DNA of 64,000 bases, taken from positions 1,665,160 to 1,729,159 of the forward strand of contig CP070758.1 of assembly GCA_020348925.1 (NCBI GenBank), read 5' to 3'. Positions 61,650 through 64,000 of the stretch are shown piece after piece. The notes beneath the pieces were generated by a model. The model was not told the DNA's origin and ran no database searches. It worked only from the letters and a program-made list of their open reading frames with translations. The DNA is from Gemmatimonadota bacterium. GTDB lineage: Bacteria; JBHIER01; G020348925. A program made the position numbers and the translations under genes. Each line of letters opens with the position of its first letter. Positions within the stretch are counted from its first letter, which is position 1.

Positions 61650-62591
61650 CTACTTGAGCCAACTGCTCTTCAGATATTTCAGATAGTCGCTGTCGGTGGT
61701 CAGAAGCAGCCAACTTTCCCCTCCGAGCGTCTCCTCATATGTTTCGAGCGTCTTGACATAGGAATAGAACTCAGGATCCCTGTTGTACGCTGCGGCGTAT
61801 ATCTTGGTGGCTTCGGCATCGGCCTGACCTATGATCTCCTGAGCTGTTCTGTACGCCTCAGATGTAATCCTCTGGAGCTCTTTCTCCATCTGCCCCTCAA
61901 TCTCAGCCTTTTTCCCCTGTCCCTCCGAGCGGTACTTTTCAGCGATCCTTTTTCTCTCCGAGATCATCCGTTCGTACACCTTGAGACGTACCTCCTCCAC
62001 GTAATTGATGTGTTTGATGCGGACGTCCACGAGTTCAATTCCATACTGGGGTACTGCCTGGGAAGCCCGTTCGAGTATTTGGCGCGTAATCTCTTCTCGG
62101 CCCCATGCAATTTGATGCATGAGCACCTCTTCAGCCAGCTCCATCTCTGTGCCGGCCACGGCCATCTCTCTGTTCGAGTTTCTGACGACTTCGATCAGCA
62201 CATGGGAGGTGATGTAGTCCCTGGTGGCCGCATCGATAATGTCGTCCAGGCGACTCTGAGCACCCATTTCGTCGCGCACAGACTGAAAGAATTGCAGGGG
62301 GTCGGCAATGCGCCACCGGGCATATGTGTTCACCCAGAGGTATTTTTTGTCCTTGGTCGGTATCTGATTGGGATCGCCGTCCCATTCTAAAAGCCTCTTC
62401 TCAAAGGTGTTCACTTTCTGAATAAATGGTATTTTCATATGGAGCCCCGGCGACGTTATCGGATCTCCAATGGGGTTTCCGAACTGCGTGATCACAACCT
62501 GCTCTGTCATATCGATGGTATACAGACTACTGCTCAGAATTATGAGGATCAGGACCGCCACGCCGAGGGTCAACCAACTTTTCTGTCTCAT
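61650..62591 (-). CDS. hflC: protease modulator HflC
   Basis: N-terminal TM helix plus the SPFH/band-7 domain. 4-nt overlap with hflK. Confidence 0.85.
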   Translation of the reverse strand: MRQKSWLTLGVAVLILIILSSSLYTIDMTEQVVITQFGNPIGDPITSPGLHMKIPFIQKVNTFEKRLLEWDGDPNQIPTKDKKYLWVNTYARWRIADPLQFFQSVRDEMGAQSRLDDIIDAATRDYITSHVLIEVVRNSNREMAVAGTEMELAEEVLMHQIAWGREEITRQILERASQAVPQYGIELVDVRIKHINYVEEVRLKVYERMISERKRIAEKYRSEGQGKKAEIEGQMEKELQRITSEAYRTAQEIIGQADAEATKIYAAAYNRDPEFYSYVKTLETYEETLGGESWLLLTTDSDYLKYLKSSWLK

Positions 62592-63589
62592 TTCGTTTCA
62601 CCCCCTTTTCCCAACTGGAGCAGAGGCACGAGGCTTTTCGCATCTTCATCGAGAATGACTTTTTTCTGGATGTTTGGCAAGACGTTCGAAAGTGCCTCCA
62701 GATAGAGTCGTCGACGGGTCACATCCTTGGCCCGACTGTACTCGGCCCAAATAGCCTGGAACTTGTTGGCATCACCCTGGGCTCTGTTGACCCGATTAAG
62801 GGCATAGCCTTCAGCCTGTCTGATCGTTTTTTCCGCCTCCCCCTCTGCTTTTGGAACGGCTTTATTGTAGGCCTCCCAAGCTTCGTTGACCATCTTGTCC
62901 TTCTCTTGTTTTGCTTCATTGACTTCGTTGAAGGAAGGCTTCACCGGATCCGGCGGATTGACATCCTTCAGCTCGACCGTGACCACATCGATCCCCGTTT
63001 CGTACGTATCCAATCTCTTCTGGATCTTCTCCTGGCACTCCAGGGCGATTTCCCGGCGCGACAGGATGATGACTTCGTCCACACTCCGATCACCGACCAC
63101 TTGTCGGGTTACCGCCTCTGAGATGTCGCGAATGGTCTTCGTGATTCCCCTGACGTGGAAGAGGAACGCCACCGGGTCTTTGACCTTATACTGGACGATC
63201 CATTCCACCACGGCCGAGTTGAGATCGCCGGTGAGCATCAGCGACTCCTCCAGTGATTTGTCCCGAGCGTATTGGGACCGAACCCCTGCTTTCAGGGTTC
63301 GAAATCCAAACTCCTCTTTGAAGACGTATTTCACCCTGACTTTCGTCACAGTCTCGATGCCGAAGGGCAACTTCAAATGGAGTCCGGGCTGAGTGGTCGT
63401 CACGTATGCTCCAAACCGCTTGATGACCCCGACCTCATCGGGGCCGATCTGATAGAAGGATGTCACCAGGATGATCAGGACAAGTATGGCACCAATAATA
63501 GAGAGCACCCACCGTCTGTTCACGGCAGGTATTTGGAAGGTTTCCCCTCCCATTTGAACGGTTCTTCTTTGATACACCATATCCATCAC
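62588..63589 (-). CDS. hflK: protease modulator HflK
   Basis: TM helix plus SPFH domain and a C-terminal coiled coil, immediately upstream of hflC. Confidence 0.85.
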   Translation of the reverse strand: MMDMVYQRRTVQMGGETFQIPAVNRRWVLSIIGAILVLIILVTSFYQIGPDEVGVIKRFGAYVTTTQPGLHLKLPFGIETVTKVRVKYVFKEEFGFRTLKAGVRSQYARDKSLEESLMLTGDLNSAVVEWIVQYKVKDPVAFLFHVRGITKTIRDISEAVTRQVVGDRSVDEVIILSRREIALECQEKIQKRLDTYETGIDVVTVELKDVNPPDPVKPSFNEVNEAKQEKDKMVNEAWEAYNKAVPKAEGEAEKTIRQAEGYALNRVNRAQGDANKFQAIWAEYSRAKDVTRRRLYLEALSNVLPNIQKKVILDEDAKSLVPLLQLGKGGETK

Positions 63590-63710
63590 CCCTTCCTTTT
63601 CAGAAATGTTGCCTCGTACAGAATTCGCTCCACGGGAAATTTATGCGCTCATTATCACCCCCTCCATTCGATCTCAATAAGATTGAAAACAGCCTGGCAA
63701 AGAAATGGTT

Positions 63711-64000
63711 CTACCGGTGTTGCGAAAGAAGCGATCCTAATCTGTTCAGCTCGTCCAGACCGCTTAAGGTACAGTTCATTCCGGCCACGCGGTTGGCGAA
63801 CACATTGGCTGCAATAGGATCTCCGGACCGAAGATATTCAACAATAAAGCCGGCTGAGAAGACATCACCGCAACCGGTCCCATCACGGACGCTCAGGCAA
63901 GAAGCGGCACACCGGTCAATCCTGATTTCTCCATCGCTTTGATATCCGACAAGGGACCCTCTGTCGGCAAGCGTTACGAGAACGATTTTTGGGCCGCTTT
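63711..64000 (-). CDS. PfkB-family carbohydrate kinase, C-terminal fragment (5' end beyond window)
   Basis: Minus-strand frame reads ...VRDGTGCGDVFSAGFIVEYL... (GAGD-type anion-hole motif), with a TAG stop at 63711-63713. Confidence 0.6.
   Translation of the reverse strand, partial: SGPKIVLVTLADRGSLVGYQSDGEIRIDRCAASCLSVRDGTGCGDVFSAGFIVEYLRSGDPIAANVFANRVAGMNCTLSGLDELNRLGSLLSQHR

Overview
This 64 kb window is a gene-dense chromosomal segment from a Gram-negative-type bacterium, with roughly 65 protein-coding genes. The lineage cannot be assigned from sequence alone. Most of the window is core housekeeping: chaperones (groES, groEL, grpE, dnaJ), folate and pantothenate genes (folB, folK, panBCD), translation and tRNA-modification genes (argS, rpsA, rpmB, efp, miaB, an MtaB-like enzyme, queC, queE, rsmE), chromosome maintenance (scpA, scpB, mutS, recG, radC), isoprenoid and lipid genes (ispH, accB, accC) and LPS assembly genes (lapA/lapB-like, a heptose kinase). 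I found no rRNA or tRNA genes, CRISPR arrays, transposases or integrases. The stretches that look accessory or unexplained are: (1) a tightly coupled minus-strand operon (13176-20199) with its own sigma70-like promoter, encoding an NHL-repeat lipoprotein, a 1092-aa protein that looks like a giant outer-membrane beta-barrel but matches no family I recognise, a 3-POTRA Omp85/TamA-like protein and a UbiA-family prenyltransferase; (2) a PfkB kinase - YjbQ - MtnA-like isomerase trio; (3) a queC - unknown gene - queE cluster in which the unknown gene sits where queD normally is; (4) a 680-nt non-coding region between divergent rpmB and a metallophosphoesterase; (5) a pilT-like ATPase inserted between accB and accC; (6) grpE and dnaJ without dnaK or CIRCE elements; (7) a PspC tandem-domain envelope-stress-like pair. 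All calls rest on reading the translated ORFs and motifs by eye; no database search was run.
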